The notes below the pieces were generated by a model, which made no database searches, was not told where the DNA came from, and saw only the letters and a list, made by a program, of their open reading frames with translations. Positions 1 through 13,721 of a stretch of 64,000 nt of DNA are shown piece by piece. Each line of letters opens with the position of its first letter. Within the stretch, counting starts at the first letter, position 1. The stretch comes from Octopus vulgaris (Eukaryota). The stretch spans positions 48,112,001 to 48,176,000 of the forward strand of contig OX597815.1 of assembly GCA_951406725.2 (NCBI GenBank), given 5' to 3'. The translations under genes and the position numbers were made by a program.

Positions 1-569
1 TAAGAACACAAGTATGCAATTTCTATGTATGCGTACGCACACACATATATATATTCTCACAAACGCACATACACATATATGCAATGTGTGTGTTGCTGCA
101 TTTGATTATTTCTAAGTAAAAGGTGTCCCTAATCATATTGTCCTTACTTTGTATTAATGTGTTCCCTAAAGGGCATTCCATTCATCAAATAAGAACAGCA
201 GTACTTGACCAGTTCAGTCCCCAAATCAGGTAACCCTTTTCTTCTAGTGGGGTTCTACAAATAAAAGGGTTGCTGTACACATATATGTAACTATTAGGAA
301 ACGACAGAGACAAGGAAAGAAAATTAGAGTGTGAGGTGAGAAGAAAAAAAAAGAGAGAGAGAGAGAGAGCATGAGAGACAGAAAGAGATAAAGAGAGTGA
401 ATGATAAGCCAAATGATTAAACAGTATGCTCAGCTGGGAGGTTAGCCAGCTGTCTCCTGTCTCACTAAATTGGAATGTAACTGACTGACACACATAAACC
501 CAATAACACTGACCAATGAGTAACTTACAGTATGTTAGACATGTGTGTACATCATGCAAACATTTACGC

Positions 570-600
<31 letters not shown>

Positions 601-914
601 CACACACAGGTATGTATACATTAAGAGATACACTCGTATATGCATTCATATATACATGTGCAGAGATACACATGTTCTAAACAAGGAAGTGGCAGTATGT
701 TATATGTTGGAACATTTTGAGTAGACTCGAGACACTGGGTTTGTTATGAAGAAAGGAACACATGAAGCTGTGAGGTTCAAGTCTGTAACTAGAGAGCATA
801 AGCTAAATGAAAATGACTTTCAGCAGAAACTGAAGCTGTTTCATACATGTAGCTTTCCTATGACCTCACCACCAACTATGCAGTCTTATATATGTTATTG
901 TAGATGTTTGCAGG

Positions 915-1150
915 TACATGGCTCAGTGGTTAGGATATTCTGCTCATGATCGTAAAGTCATGAATTCAATTACTAGCGGTATGTTGTGTCCTTGCGCAAG
1001 ACACTTTATTTCATGTTGCTTCACTTCACTCAGCTGGCAAAAATGTCAAAGAGCCAGCCTTGTCACATTTTATGCTGCACTGAATCTCTCTGAGAACTAT
1101 GTTAAGGGTACATGTGTCTGAAAAGTGATCAGCCACTTGCACTTTAAGGT
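915..1150 (+). mobile_element. tRNA-derived SINE, family C (diverged)
   Basis: A-box-like TGGCTCAGTGG head, then gcaagacactttatttcatgttgct core shared with copies at 8163-8485, 9300-9630(-), 10780-11020, 30840-31140(-), 55605-55880. Confidence 0.7.
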
Positions 1151-1325
1151 TTTCTGATGCAAATGACCTAACCATTTGCAGTGCTACTTCAGAGAATTGG
1201 CCTACTCCTTAGTCACCAACCACAGAAGTGAACATTTACTAGGATGGATGGTACTGATGCTGAAAGAAACTTTTGCTAGACATGGTGTTAGAGTATGTTA
1301 GGTGACATGTATGTTATGAAGGAAG

Positions 1326-1370
<45 letters not shown>

Positions 1371-1407
1371 ATAGATAGATAGATAGATATAGAAAGATAG
1401 ATAGGGA

Positions 1408-1658
1408 CAAGAGTGGCTGTGTGGATAGGCATGTGGTTCCAGGTTCAGTCCCACTGCATGGCACCTTGGGCAAGTGTTGTTTATTATAACCTCAGGCCAA
1501 CAAAAAAGCCTTGTAAGTGGATTTGGTAGATGGAAACTGTCATATATATGTATATATTTAAGTGTGTGTATTTGTGTCTTTCCCCCCTCCTTCCCATTGC
1601 TTGACAACCGATGTTGGTGTGTTTACATCCCCGTAACTTAGCGGTTTGGCTTACAAAA
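1408..1658 (+). mobile_element. tRNA-derived SINE family A, 5' part, interrupted by the 1661-4116 insertion; tail resumes at ~4120-4158
   Basis: gagtggctgtgtgg head, ggttcagtccc B-box-like motif, ggcaccttgggcaagtg core; matches full copy at 18386-18801; tail cagtcaaatgactgaa reappears at ~4123. Confidence 0.85.
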
Positions 1659-1660
1659 AA

Positions 1661-4116
1661 TACTTTGTGATGTTTTGAAAATTTTTGCCATACTTTGTGA
1701 TTTTGGCAATGCTGGCTATCCATACTTTGTGATTTTGTCACCACTGGCCTTCCATACTTTGTGATTTTGGCACCACTAGCTTTCCATACTTTGTGATTTC
1801 GGCACCGCTGGCCTTCCATACTTTGTGATTTTCCTCCAAAATTTTTCGAAATTTTATCCAATAATTTTTCGAAAATTTTCACCGAAAACTTAACCCAAAA
1901 ATTTTTCGAAAATTTTCACCGAAAATTTTACACAAAAATTTTTCGAAAATTTTCCCGAAAATTTTTCGAAAATTTTCACCGAAAATTTTACACAGAAATT
2001 TTTCGAAAATTTTACCCAAAAATTTTTCGAAAATTTTCCCCAAATATTGTTCGAAAACTTTTGTCGAAAATTTTCCCAAATTCAAAATTTTACCAAAACT
2101 GAAAATTTTCCCCAAAAATTTTTCGAAAAGTTTCACCGAAAATTTTCCCCAAAAATTTTTCGAAAGATTTCACCGAAAATTTTACCAAAAATTTTTCGAA
2201 AATTTTCCATAAAAATTTTTCGAAAATTTACCCAAAAATTTTCTCAAAATATTTTTCACCGATAATTTTCCCCAAAAATTTTCCCTAAAAATTTTCCCAA
2301 AAAATTCTTTGTGATTTTGGCAATGCTGGCTTTCCATACTTTTGATTTTGGCACCACTGGCCTTCCATACTTTGTGATTTTGGCACCGCTAGCTTTCCAT
2401 ACTTTGTGATTTTGGCACCACTGGCCTTCCATACTTTGTGATTTCGGCACAGCTGGCCTTCCATACTTCGTGATTTTGGCAACGCTGGCCTTCCATACTT
2501 TGGGATTTTGGCAACGCTGGCCTTCCATACTCTTTCGAAAATTTTACCTAAAAGAACTTTTCGAAAATTTTTCCAAAATTTTCCCCAAAAATTTTTGGAA
2601 AATTTCACCGAAAATTTTCTCAAAATATTTTTCACCGATAATTTTCCCCAAAAATTTTTGTTGAAAATTTTCCTGAAAACTTTTCTATAAAAATTTTTCG
2701 AAAATTTTACCGAAAAATTTTTCCAAAATTTTCCCAAAAATGTTTCCAAAATTTTACCCAAAAATTTTTGGAAAATTTTCTCAAAATATTTTTCACCGAA
2801 AATTTTCCTAAAATTTTCAATAAAAATTTTCCGAAAATTTTCCCCAAAAAATTCTTTGTGATTTTGGCAATGCTGGGGATTTGGGGAAAATTTTCGAAAG
2901 ATCTTCGGGTAAAATTTTCGAAAAATGTTTGGGGAAACTTTCGAAAAATTTTTGTGTAAAATTTTGGAAAAATTTTTGGGTAAAGTTTTCGGTGAAAATT
3001 TTGGAAAAAGTATGGAAGGCCAGCGGTGCCAAAATCACAAAGTATGGGAGGCCAGTGGTGCAAAATCACAAAGTATGGAAAGCTAGCGGTGCCAAAATCA
3101 CAAAGTATGGAAGGCCAGCGGTGCCAAAATCAGAAAGTATGGAAGGCCAGTGGTGCCAAAATCACAAAGTATGGAAAGCCAGCATTGCCAAAATCACAAA
3201 GAATTTTTTGGGGAAACTTTTTAGTGAAAAATTTAGGAAAAGTTTTAGTGAAAATTTTAGGAAAATTTTTGGGGATAATTTTCGGTGAAAAATATTTTGA
3301 GAAAATTTTCAGTGAAATTTTCCAATAAATTTTGGGTAAAATTTTCCGTGAAAACTTTCGAAAAATTTTGGGGAAAATTTTCGGTAAAACTTTTCGAAAA
3401 ATTTTTGGGGAAAATTTTCGAAAAACTATTGGGTAAAATTTTGGAAAAATTTTTGGGAAAACTTTGGAAAAATTTTTAGGGAAAATTTTCGAAGAAAATC
3501 ACAAACTATGGAAGGCCAGCGTTGCCAAAATCACAAAGTATGGAAGGCCAGCAGTGCCAAAATCACAAAGTATGGAAAGCTAGCGGTGCCAAAATCACAA
3601 AGTATGGAAGGCCAGCGGTGCCAAAATCACAAAGTATGGAAGGCCAGTGGTGCCAAAATCACAAAGTATGGAAAGCCAGCATTGCCAAAATCACAAAAAA
3701 TTTTTTGGGAAAAGTTTCGGTGAAATTTTCCAAAAATTTTGGGGTAAAATATTCCGTGAAAATTTTGGAAAAATTTTTAGGAAAATTTTCGAAAAATTTT
3801 TGGGGAAAACTTTCGGTGAAACTTTTCGAAAAATTTTTGGGGAAATTTTCAGTTTTGGTAAAATTTTCAATTTGAGGAAAATTTTCGAACAATATTTGGC
3901 CTTCCATACTTTGTGATTTTGGCAACGCTGGCCTTCCATACTTCGTGATTTTGGCACTGCTGGCCTTCTATACTTTGTGATTTTGGCACCGCTGGCCTTC
4001 CATACTTTGTGATTTTGGCACCACTGGCCTTCCATACTTTGTGATTTTGGCACCGCTGGCCTTCCATACTTTTTCGAAAATTTTCCCCAAACATTTTTCA
4101 AAATTTTATCCAATAA
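1661..4116. repeat. Composite minisatellite: 32-bp unit arrays alternating with AAAATTTT/TTCGAA-rich blocks, in both orientations
   Basis: Unit ccatactttgtgattttggcaccgctggcctt (32 bp; ORF track repeats every 32 aa = 3 units). + arrays ~1688-1832, 2306-2531, 3897-4070; - arrays ~3009-3200, 3496-3695; 2040-2140 is the reverse complement of ~3810-3897. Confidence 0.95.
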
Positions 4117-5521
4117 TGTCTCCAGTCAAATGACTGAAGCAAATAAAAGGATAAAACAATATCAAACATACAGGATAACAGTATGTATCTATGAAATAAT
4201 CTGCCAAACATAGATCAGGAAATATTGAAACAAAGTGGGAAGCAAGCAACAATATCAGGCAGTGAGAAGAGAAGCGAGATATCGGGTTCATAGAATAGAG
4301 AAAATGAAGGTAAGAAGTGTACCAATGTTCTGTAATGAAAGAATCATAGGTATGAGGTATTCAGATTTGTAAGGCAGGGTGTCAGTGTGAAAATAAGATG
4401 TCACTTGGGGCAAGTGTATTCAAACTGACAATGTAGCACTTAATCCTCACTGACACCAAGAAGAAAGACATTTGGAAGTGTTATAAATAAAGCTGGAAGA
4501 ATGAGGGAAATGTGTGGGACAAAGAGGGAGTGACTACTCCATGTAGGCTCAACAGAATAAACAGCTACTGAAGTTGATAACTATATGGTTGAAATCACAA
4601 TCAACACTATAACAGCAAGGATGGTCCATCAGGGATAAGTTGCTGTTAGAATGCCCTACAAAGGACATGCATTGAAGTCACATGGTCATTCAGATAGTAC
4701 GGTTAGGGGTTCATATTGTAATCTCTGTTTTCATGTGATTCACATATATCTATCTTTCTATCTGCCATCATCATCATCATCATCGTCATTAACTTTTTTA
4801 ATGTGCATTTCTTACAAAGTGACTGGGTGGGATGGATCTTCAAAGTAGCTTCTTTACATTAATGCATATATTTTTTTTTATTCTCTCAACACTGAGATAT
4901 TAAGAATCAATATTTTATAACAGATAAATATTGATTAATCAGAAATAGAAAAAAAGACACAAAAACACATTTTAAGGGGAGAGAACCCTAATTATTTAGA
5001 TTATTTATATCTGCAGCAACAAGCTATTACTGGCTTATTACCATGGAAACAATACCACCTTCATGGCATGAAAATAAAAAAAAATGCCATCTCCTAGTGA
5101 GGCATCTCTGCAAAAACCAGAGACTTCCATGCAGTCTGTGAGCCATTTATATTGAGCTGCTATTCAAACCATACAAGTGTTTAAAGTCTCTGTGTGTATG
5201 GATAGAGATCTAAGTTAGTCTTTTAAACATTAGAGAATTAATTAGCCAAAGAGAGTAAAAGACTCCAAAAGTCTTTATTTATGGACGCAGGTACACAAAG
5301 ACATACATACATACAAATATATATATATATATATCATGCACACATACATACATACAAATATATATATATATATATTTATATATACATACATACATATATA
5401 TATATATACATACATATATATATACATATATATATATTCATATATACATACAAATATATATACATATATATTCATATATACATACAAATATATATAAATA
5501 TATATATATATATATGCCACA

Positions 5522-6036
5522 CACGAGAGAAGACTGCACTGGTTTGGTCATGTGATGTCTATGGATGAGTACAGCTGTGTAAAGAAGTGCTGAACTCTAA
5601 TTGTGGAGGGGACTTGTGGAAGGGGTAGACCCCAGGAAGATATAGGATGAAGTGGTGAGAAAGGATCTTCAGATGCTGGGCCTCACTGAGGAAATGACAA
5701 GGGACTGAGAGATGTGGCAATTTGCTGTACTTGATAAGACATGTCAAGCTCAGTGAAATTGCTGTCTTCCACTCACACAGGATTGTCCTTTCAGGTGTTG
5801 GTACCATTTAAAAAGCACCTGTGCTGGTGCTGCATTAACACACCTGTGCCGGTGCTGGTGGCACGTAAGATGCATCCAGCACACTCTGTTAAGTGGTTGG
5901 CATTAGGAAGGGCATCCAGCCATAGAAACCATACTACAACAGACAATTGGAGTCTGGACAGCTCCCAGATGGCCAGTTCCATGTCAAACTGTCCAACCCA
6001 TGCCAGCATAGAACGCTGATGCTAAACGATGATGAT
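5522..6036 (+). mobile_element. RTE-clade LINE, 3' fragment with 3' UTR and (GAT)n tail
   Basis: Translates [14 protein letters not shown]...GTCGRGRP then DEVVRKDL with stops and a frameshift, a typical RTE ORF C-terminus; ends aaacgatgatgat. Confidence 0.85.
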
Positions 6037-7483
6037 TACTTATATACCCCACCATGTAACTTGAGGGCACAGCCCAACACAACTCTCTCTCTCTGCTATC
6101 TCTCTTTTTAGAGTTGAGGTAGCCAAGCATCTCCTCTACTGCAAGACATCCGCTGCCTTGTCTTTGTCGCATTGTCCTTCTATTCCTTTCTGGAATTCTT
6201 GCTCAACATTCATCTTCCACTTTCTCCAACACCTAAATGGTTCTTTCAAGTTTCTCTTATATCTCATTCTATTTGCTCCACCACTGTTTTCATCCCACAG
6301 CATCTCTGAAACTGTCTGGCACCTTTACAACCCCACCACATTGCTCTTAATCTCTGCAATATGCCTCTCTCCTCAGCCACTTTTAGATGTTCGTCAACCC
6401 TACGTCTTTTTGTTACTCATACCTTCTTGTTACCACACCTTCTACCCACATTCTTCACCCTAATAACAGGAGAGCACGGACCCCTAAACTAGCCACTCTG
6501 TTAACCTTTTTACTCTCTCCCTCTCACTTTCTCTCTCTCTCTTTTGTTATCTCCTGACACAACACTTTCCCTTTCTCTTTACCACCTTGCTTTCATTATG
6601 CCCTTCCCAACAGAGTCTATTCTGCTACTCTTGTTGTTACCACTTTTTCACAACAAAAAATCCCTTCCTCTCATCACTTCACTTAAAGTGCTCTCTTTCT
6701 CTCCATCTTTATTTTCCTTTCAGTCATGATGGTTGTTCAGACTTGCTAATAATAAGGTGACCTCACTAGTGCTGGTGCAATGAAAATAACACTTTGTACA
6801 TTCTATAACATAGTTAACATAAGTGGGGTATACAGCTGTAAAAACTATGTTCAAACTAACACATTGGAGCACAATACAGCCTTTGGACTGTCTAATCATT
6901 CAGTCATGCCATTATGGAAGGCAGGTGTAAAATGATGATGATGAAGATGAATAATTATATATGCATACATTTTTTCTGCATTTACCAGCATTTGATAAGG
7001 TGGTCACTACAAGAGTATGCCTTAGTAAATTCTGGCTGTTTTAAAAATTGTGGCAAAGCTAGCATCTATAAATATAAGTAACATTCTTATTCTAATACCT
7101 CTGTCATCTGCTGATGAAGGCAAGGTATGTATATATAATTTTATATACATATCCCCACTAATAATATGAGTCCAAGCCCATTAAATTGATATATAAAATA
7201 CCTTATGATAATTTTAATATATGTACTTAGATGTATTTTCCATGTGTCATTCTGCTTCAGTTACACACACAAATATATATACATATAAACACACATACGC
7301 ACACACATACATATATACACATATACAAATACACACACACACATATCTATGTGTGCATGTGTGTGAACTTTAGATGCGTTAAAATATATTTGTGGCATAT
7401 TTCAACTTCTAAACGCAAATTCACTGCAGTTACTATGGAAAAGAAAACTTTCCTTACTGTAAAACACCATATACATACATACC

Positions 7484-7520
<37 letters not shown>

Positions 7521-7749
7521 TATATTTTGACATCTGACATATGGCATACTTTTGCACCTATACAGGCAATGTGAATTTGACAGAGGGAGTGAGCTAATGT
7601 ATGGCATATACATTTGACTACTATCAACAAGTCACTTGTGCAGATCTTTCAACAAAAACTGAACAATCACATGGTGTTTTCAATGGGATATTCCATCATA
7701 TATACATGCATGTATGTATGTATGTGTATATATATATATATATATATAT

Positions 7750-8140
7750 TACCTTTTTACTTGTTTCAGTCATTTGATTGCGGCCATGCTGGAGCACTGC
7801 TTTTAGTCAAACAAATCGACCCAGGACTTAGTCTTTATAAGCCTAGTACTTATTCTATCGGTCTCTTTTGCTGAACCGCTAAGTTACAGGGACATAAACA
7901 CACCAACATCGGTTGTCAAGTGATGGTGGGGTACAAACACAGGCACAAATACACACACACACATATATATATACACATATATACAATGGGCTTATTCAGT
8001 TTCCGTCTACCAACTCCACTCACAAGGGTTTGGTTGGCCTGAGGCTATAGTAGAAGACACTTGTCTAAGTTACCATGCAGTGGGACTGAACCCTGAGCCA
8101 TGTAGTTAGGAAGAAAGCTTCTTACTACACAGCATTGCCT
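7750..8140 (-). mobile_element. SINE family A
   Basis: Reverse-complement match to 18386-18801 including the internal CA/TA microsatellite. Confidence 0.9.
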
Positions 8141-8162
8141 ATATATATGTATTTATATACAG

Positions 8163-8485
8163 TATGGCTCAGTGATTAGATCATTGGGCTCACAATCATG
8201 AGGTAGTGAGTTTGATTCCTGGACTGGGTTCTGTGTTGTGTGCTTGAGCAACACACTTTATTTCATGTTGCTCCAGTTCACTCATTTGTAGAAATGAGCT
8301 GCAATGTCACTGGTTCTAAACTGTATCGGCCTTTGCCTTTCCCTTGGATAACACTGGTGGCATAGAGAGGGGAGGTTGGTAAGCATAGGTGACTGCTGGA
8401 ATTCCATAAAACAGCTTTGCCTTAGAGGGGAACTTTCTAGGTGCAATCCCATGGACATTCATGACCGAAGGAGGTTTTTACCCTT
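8163..8485 (+). mobile_element. SINE family C
   Basis: tggctcagtgattag head, gagtttgattcc B-box-like motif, family core, 3' gaaggaggtttttaccc end. Confidence 0.8.
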
Positions 8486-8516
8486 TATATATATACATAT
8501 ATATTCATATAATAAA

Positions 8517-8549
<33 letters not shown>

Positions 8550-8550
<1 letters not shown>

Positions 8551-8878
8551 TCTCTCTTTTACTTGTTTCAGTCATTTGACTGCACCACCTTTAATCGAGC
8601 AACTTGACCCCGGGACTTATTCTTTGTAAGCCTAGTACTTATTCTATCGGACTCTTTTTGCCAAACTGCTAAGTGACAGGGACATAAACACACCAGCATT
8701 GGTTGTCAAGCAAGGCTAGGGGGACAAACACAGACACAAAAACACACACACATACATATGTATATACATATATACGACAGGCTTCTTTCAGTTTCCGTCT
8801 ACCAAATCCACTTACAAGGCTGTGGGACTGAACCCGGAACCATGTGGTTGGTAAACAAGCTACTTACCACACAGCCAC
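8550..8878 (-). mobile_element. SINE family A (internal deletion)
   Basis: Reverse-complement match to family A. Confidence 0.9.
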
Positions 8879-8899
8879 ATAAATACATACATATCATTA

Positions 8900-9280
8900 T
8901 CATGATAATGGTCAACACTTAATGTCTATTTTCCATGCTGGTATGGGTTGGATGACTTGAGCTGACAAAGCCAGGGGTTCCACTAGGTTACATAATCTGT
9001 TCAGGCATGGTTGGATGCTCTTCCTAACACCAACTACTTTATAGAGTATACTGGATACTTTTTACGTGGTACCATCACCAGTGATTTTTACATGGCACCA
9101 GCTTCCACACCAATGCTTTTTATGCTCTAGGATCTCAATTCCATTGTGGTGGGCAGGTCTTCTTGAGTACAGCAATGCACCACATATCTTGGTCCTCTGT
9201 TATCTCCCTTGTACAGCTCAGCTTTTGAGATCAGACTTCAATAATTCATTGCATGTCTTCCTGGTTCTCCTTCTTCCATG
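8900..9280 (-). mobile_element. RTE-clade LINE 3' fragment (decayed)
   Basis: Reverse-complement similarity to 5640-6036; minus frame GRRRTRKT...LLKSDL; (CAT)n at the left end. Confidence 0.65.
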
Positions 9281-9299
9281 TACATACATATACATTAAA

Positions 9300-9630
9300 G
9301 ACTCCCTTTAGCCAAGAATGATGATGGGAGTGCACCTAGAAAGTTTCCCTCTGAGGCAGAAATCCGGGCAAGGTTATTTGTAGAAGAACAGTATTTGCCC
9401 ATGCACATCAGTCTCCTCCTTCACGCCATTGATGTTATCTAAGGCAAAGGCTGATTCAGCTTGGCAATAGTGACATCACAGCTCATTTCTACAGCTGAGT
9501 GAACTGGAGCAGCATGAAATAAAGTGTCCTGCTCAAAAACACAACATAAAACTCCATCTCAGAATCGAACTCATAACCACACCATTGTAAGCCCCATGCT
9601 CTAATCACTGAGTCATGTGCCTTCACATAT
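9300..9630 (-). mobile_element. SINE family C
   Basis: Reverse complement of 8163-8485. Confidence 0.8.
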
Positions 9631-9692
9631 TCATACATATATATATATACATATTTATACATACATATACATATATGTATATATACATACAG

Positions 9693-9739
<47 letters not shown>

Positions 9740-11684
9740 CATACACATGCATAGAAACATATATATACATACACATGTGTATGTACATATATATGTACAA
9801 GATATTCATTTCCATTACCACACACCTTTGAATTGAAAATAATTGAGACCCGCATTCCAACTCACTGTACACCATCATTCTCAACACCTTTCACAGACAT
9901 ACACACCTCATATGTCAGTTACCAGCTTATAACATCTTACATCTGTTTTTCATCACCATCTTGTACACAGAAAGAATATATTCTAGAAAATAATTCAGAG
10001 CACAGCACATTCGCAAAAGTCTGTAACAGAAAAACAGGAATTATGTTCACTGTTCATTAGACGATGAGATGTAGTACCCACAGCCTTCTTTCCCAGCTCT
10101 CCTAGAATGGGAAGGAGAGATAACTGGGTGACACGAATTCAATTTGAATTGATGCAAAAGAAAAATAACTTTAGAAGGGAAGCCATTCTTTGATACTTTA
10201 GAAGGGAAGTCATTTTTTGATGCAGTTTAGCCTCAGATCAGCCCCATACTAGTAGGCCTCTGTAGTAATTAAAGGCATTCCAGCTGTGATCACAACATTT
10301 TGTATGTTTAGTGTGCCATTGTCATCACCGTCATCCCTTAACATCTGTTTTCCATGCTGGCATGGGTTGCACAATTTGACAAGAGCTGGTAGCTGGTGAG
10401 CTGTACCAGGTCCAAGTCTGATTTGGCTTGGTTTCTACAACTGGATACTCTTCCTAATGCCAACCACTTTACAGGGTGTACTGGTTTTTTTTTATGTGAC
10501 ACTGGCATGAGCACTTTTATGTGGCCCCAGCGTGATTGCTTTTTATGTGTCTAGAACTATGTTGTCCAATGTGTTTTTCCTTTTTCTTAAATGGCATTCA
10601 TGACATTATACTTGAGTCTTAATATTTAGGGCTATATTACCCAATATGGTTTTCCTTTTACTCAAACGGCAGGTTGTGATATGATGTAGACTTGACTGCT
10701 ATTTCTAGTCAGATGAATTGCTATGTAGGGAAGCCCATCTTCAAAATGATGTAACAGTGAAGTGTAGCGGTATAATAGTTGTGGAGGCACGTGGCTTTGT
10801 GGTCAGGGTATTGCACTCATGATTGTGATTTCAAATCCAGGACCAAACAATGCATTAAGTTTTTGAGCAAAACACATAATTTCACATTACTCCAGTCCAC
10901 CCAGCTGGCAAAAATGAGTATTCCTGTGACAGACAGTTGTCCCATCCAGGGAGGAATATACATGCCACAAAAACTGGGAAACTGGCTGCTATGAGTCTCT
11001 ATGACTCAGAAAGGAGTAATTTTATCTCTTTGTAATAGTTGTGGCTGTTATTCCAGTCTGCTAATCTAATTCTTTTTGAGGAGGCAGGGCTGGATGGGTC
11101 TCAAAGTATGCCTAGGACTTTATTGCCTTTTTAATCTGGTAGTGTGTGTGTGATGTGAGAAAGATGTGATACTATTTCAAGTAGGTCAAATGACCATCCC
11201 TAATTAGTTTCAAGTGTAATTGTGCCTTAGGTATAATTGTGTTTTAATTCAAACTCATAAGACTAAGGTTAAACCCAGTCTCCATAGTGTTTAAGTAATT
11301 GAGATTATAACATTTCCCACTGAAAGGGATACTGATCCATTGCAGAGTAAACTTTCCAGCTATTACTGGTACTCGTTTACAGCTAAGTGGACCAGAGCAG
11401 GGTGAAATGAAGTGTCTTGCTCAAGAACCAAAACTACAATCTTCTGATCTTGAAGGGAGATACACTAATCACTAAGCCGCATACCTTCACTAGAGTAATA
11501 GTGTAGTTGCGTAAAAATACAAAGTAGTTGAATAATCATTTATTTGTCATAATCTTGGTTCAGTCCCACTGCATGGCACCTTGGGCAAGTGTCTTCTACT
11601 ATAGCCTTGGGCTGACCAAAGCCTTGTGAGTGGATTTGGTAAACAGAAACTGAAAGAAGCCCATCATGTGTGTGTGTGTATATG

Positions 11685-11730
<46 letters not shown>

Positions 11731-12698
11731 TATGTATATGTATAAATATATATATATATATACAAACAAAAATTTATTAAATAGTGCAATACAGTAGTAT
11801 TGCTTCCCAGTAAAACAAAGCACCATCATTTTTGCCAGTATATTTATACAGTGAAGCTTTACTATAGCGTCGTATATTATTGACTGCTATTTCCAGTAAA
11901 TATTGGTACTCTGTTGTACCACTGTTCTATTATATACATATTCTCTATTCACATAATATTTGAACTATAGTTAAATATGACCCTGATGAAACAGCACTGG
12001 TAATTAACATCAAGATGCACAATTTGCAGTGTGCGCTGGTTTGCAGCAGAAACGTGCATAGGCCCTGACAAAGAAAGATGTGATTAACTCTGTAACAAAA
12101 ACTTGGATGTGTAAATCACTGTTCTCTTGATGTGTGTGTTTGTCTCTGTGTCTTTGTCCACCACCACCACTTGACAACTGGTGTTTGTGTGCTTACATCC
12201 CCATAACCTAGCAGTTCATCAAAGAGATAGGTAAAATAAGTACTAGGCTTACAAAGAATAAGTCCTAGGGTTGATTATTTGTTTCTCTTTTATCTCATTC
12301 CATATGCTGTAATTACCCACTGCTCCTCCACTGTTTTCATCCCACAGCATCTCTGCAACTGTCTGCAAAGTACTAGGCTTACAAAGAATAAGTCCTTGGT
12401 TTGATTAGGCAACTGTTTGTTTGCATAATGAGATCCAGCTGTGTTTCCTCAGGTGATATACAAATGTTGCCCTTGTGGCATCCACCATGTGTATCCAAGC
12501 AGCTAATAAATTCAAACCTCAACAAAAGGAGAAGATGGCCTTAAAGTCGAAGATTTTAAACTAACAGAGACAACACTCTGTTTGAAAAATGAATGAAAGC
12601 ACGAACAATAATGAATAAATAAATAAATCTTTTTCCAAAATTCCATTGACCTTTTTTCACACTATCTCTTTCTCTCAACTTATAAATATACATACATA

Positions 12699-12767
<69 letters not shown>

Positions 12768-13508
12768 TTGTGCATGTGTGTCATTGTCCTGCCATCACTT
12801 GACAACCAATGCTGGTGTGTTTATGTCCCCATAACTTAGGACTTCAGCAAAAGAGACCGACAGAATAAGTACTAGGCTTACAAAAAAAAAAGCCTAGGGG
12901 CAATTTGTTTCACTAAAACCCCCTGAATGTGGTGCTCCAGCATGGACACAGTCAAATGACTGAAACAAATAAAAGAATAGCATCTTTGTATCATTCCCAT
13001 ATTATATCATCCTCCCCTCTCTTACTGCTTTTCATCATGTGGAATAGTTCACCTTTTCTCTTCTTCTTTATTTAGGTAAAAGAAATAGATGCAAACACTT
13101 CTGTCTATCTAGAATAGATAGAAAGCTAGAGAGAAAGAGAGTGAGAGAGATAAACTGACAGAAAGATAATTTTAGCCACCATATAACATGCATCCTTGGC
13201 AAGCTGACAATAGTTATAGACTCATCAGATGTAACAGCATGTGTACAAGTAAGGGTGTTAGCAGACATGGAGTGAAGACCAAAGATTGTTCAGATTGCTC
13301 ACTGGAATTAATGGACAAACTCTGTTACTTTGGGAAATAGAGCTTGTGTCATTATATAACGGCCATGGAAAGAGATTTGGGAATTTATACCTCTGTTGAT
13401 GATGGAATTCTCATGCAAAATATAATCTCTGTGAAGTGCGTGTGTGTGTGTGTGCATATAAATAATACATGCATACATAAGTGAGTGTGTGTGTGTGTGT
13501 ATTTACTG

Positions 13509-13681
13509 TACTCTCTTTTTACTCTTTTACTTGTTTCAGTCATTTGACTGTGGCCATGCTGGAGCACTGCCTTTAATTGAGCAAATCGGCCCCAGGACTT
13601 ATTCTTTGTAAGCCTAGTACTTATTCTATCAGTCTCTTTTGCCAAACTGCTAAGTTACGGGGACATAAACACAGACACACA

Positions 13682-13721
<40 letters not shown>

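Noticed and set aside
148-254. Possible minus-strand exon (NPTRRKGLPDLGTELVKYCCSY...)
   Set aside because: Plausible splice sites, but the pyrimidine tract is largely (GA)n microsatellite and nothing else supports it
1688-4070. CRISPR-like appearance of the 32-bp repeats
   Set aside because: Units are contiguous with no unique spacers, no cas genes, and the context is eukaryotic
1484-4113. Many overlapping ORFs (KASGAKITKYGRP..., KIFEKFLG...)
   Set aside because: Translations of the stop-poor 32-bp and AAAATTTT repeats in all frames and both strands; no coding signal
7108-7160. CTGATGA followed by a TA-rich hairpin
   Set aside because: No downstream GAAA or stem III; at most a truncated relic
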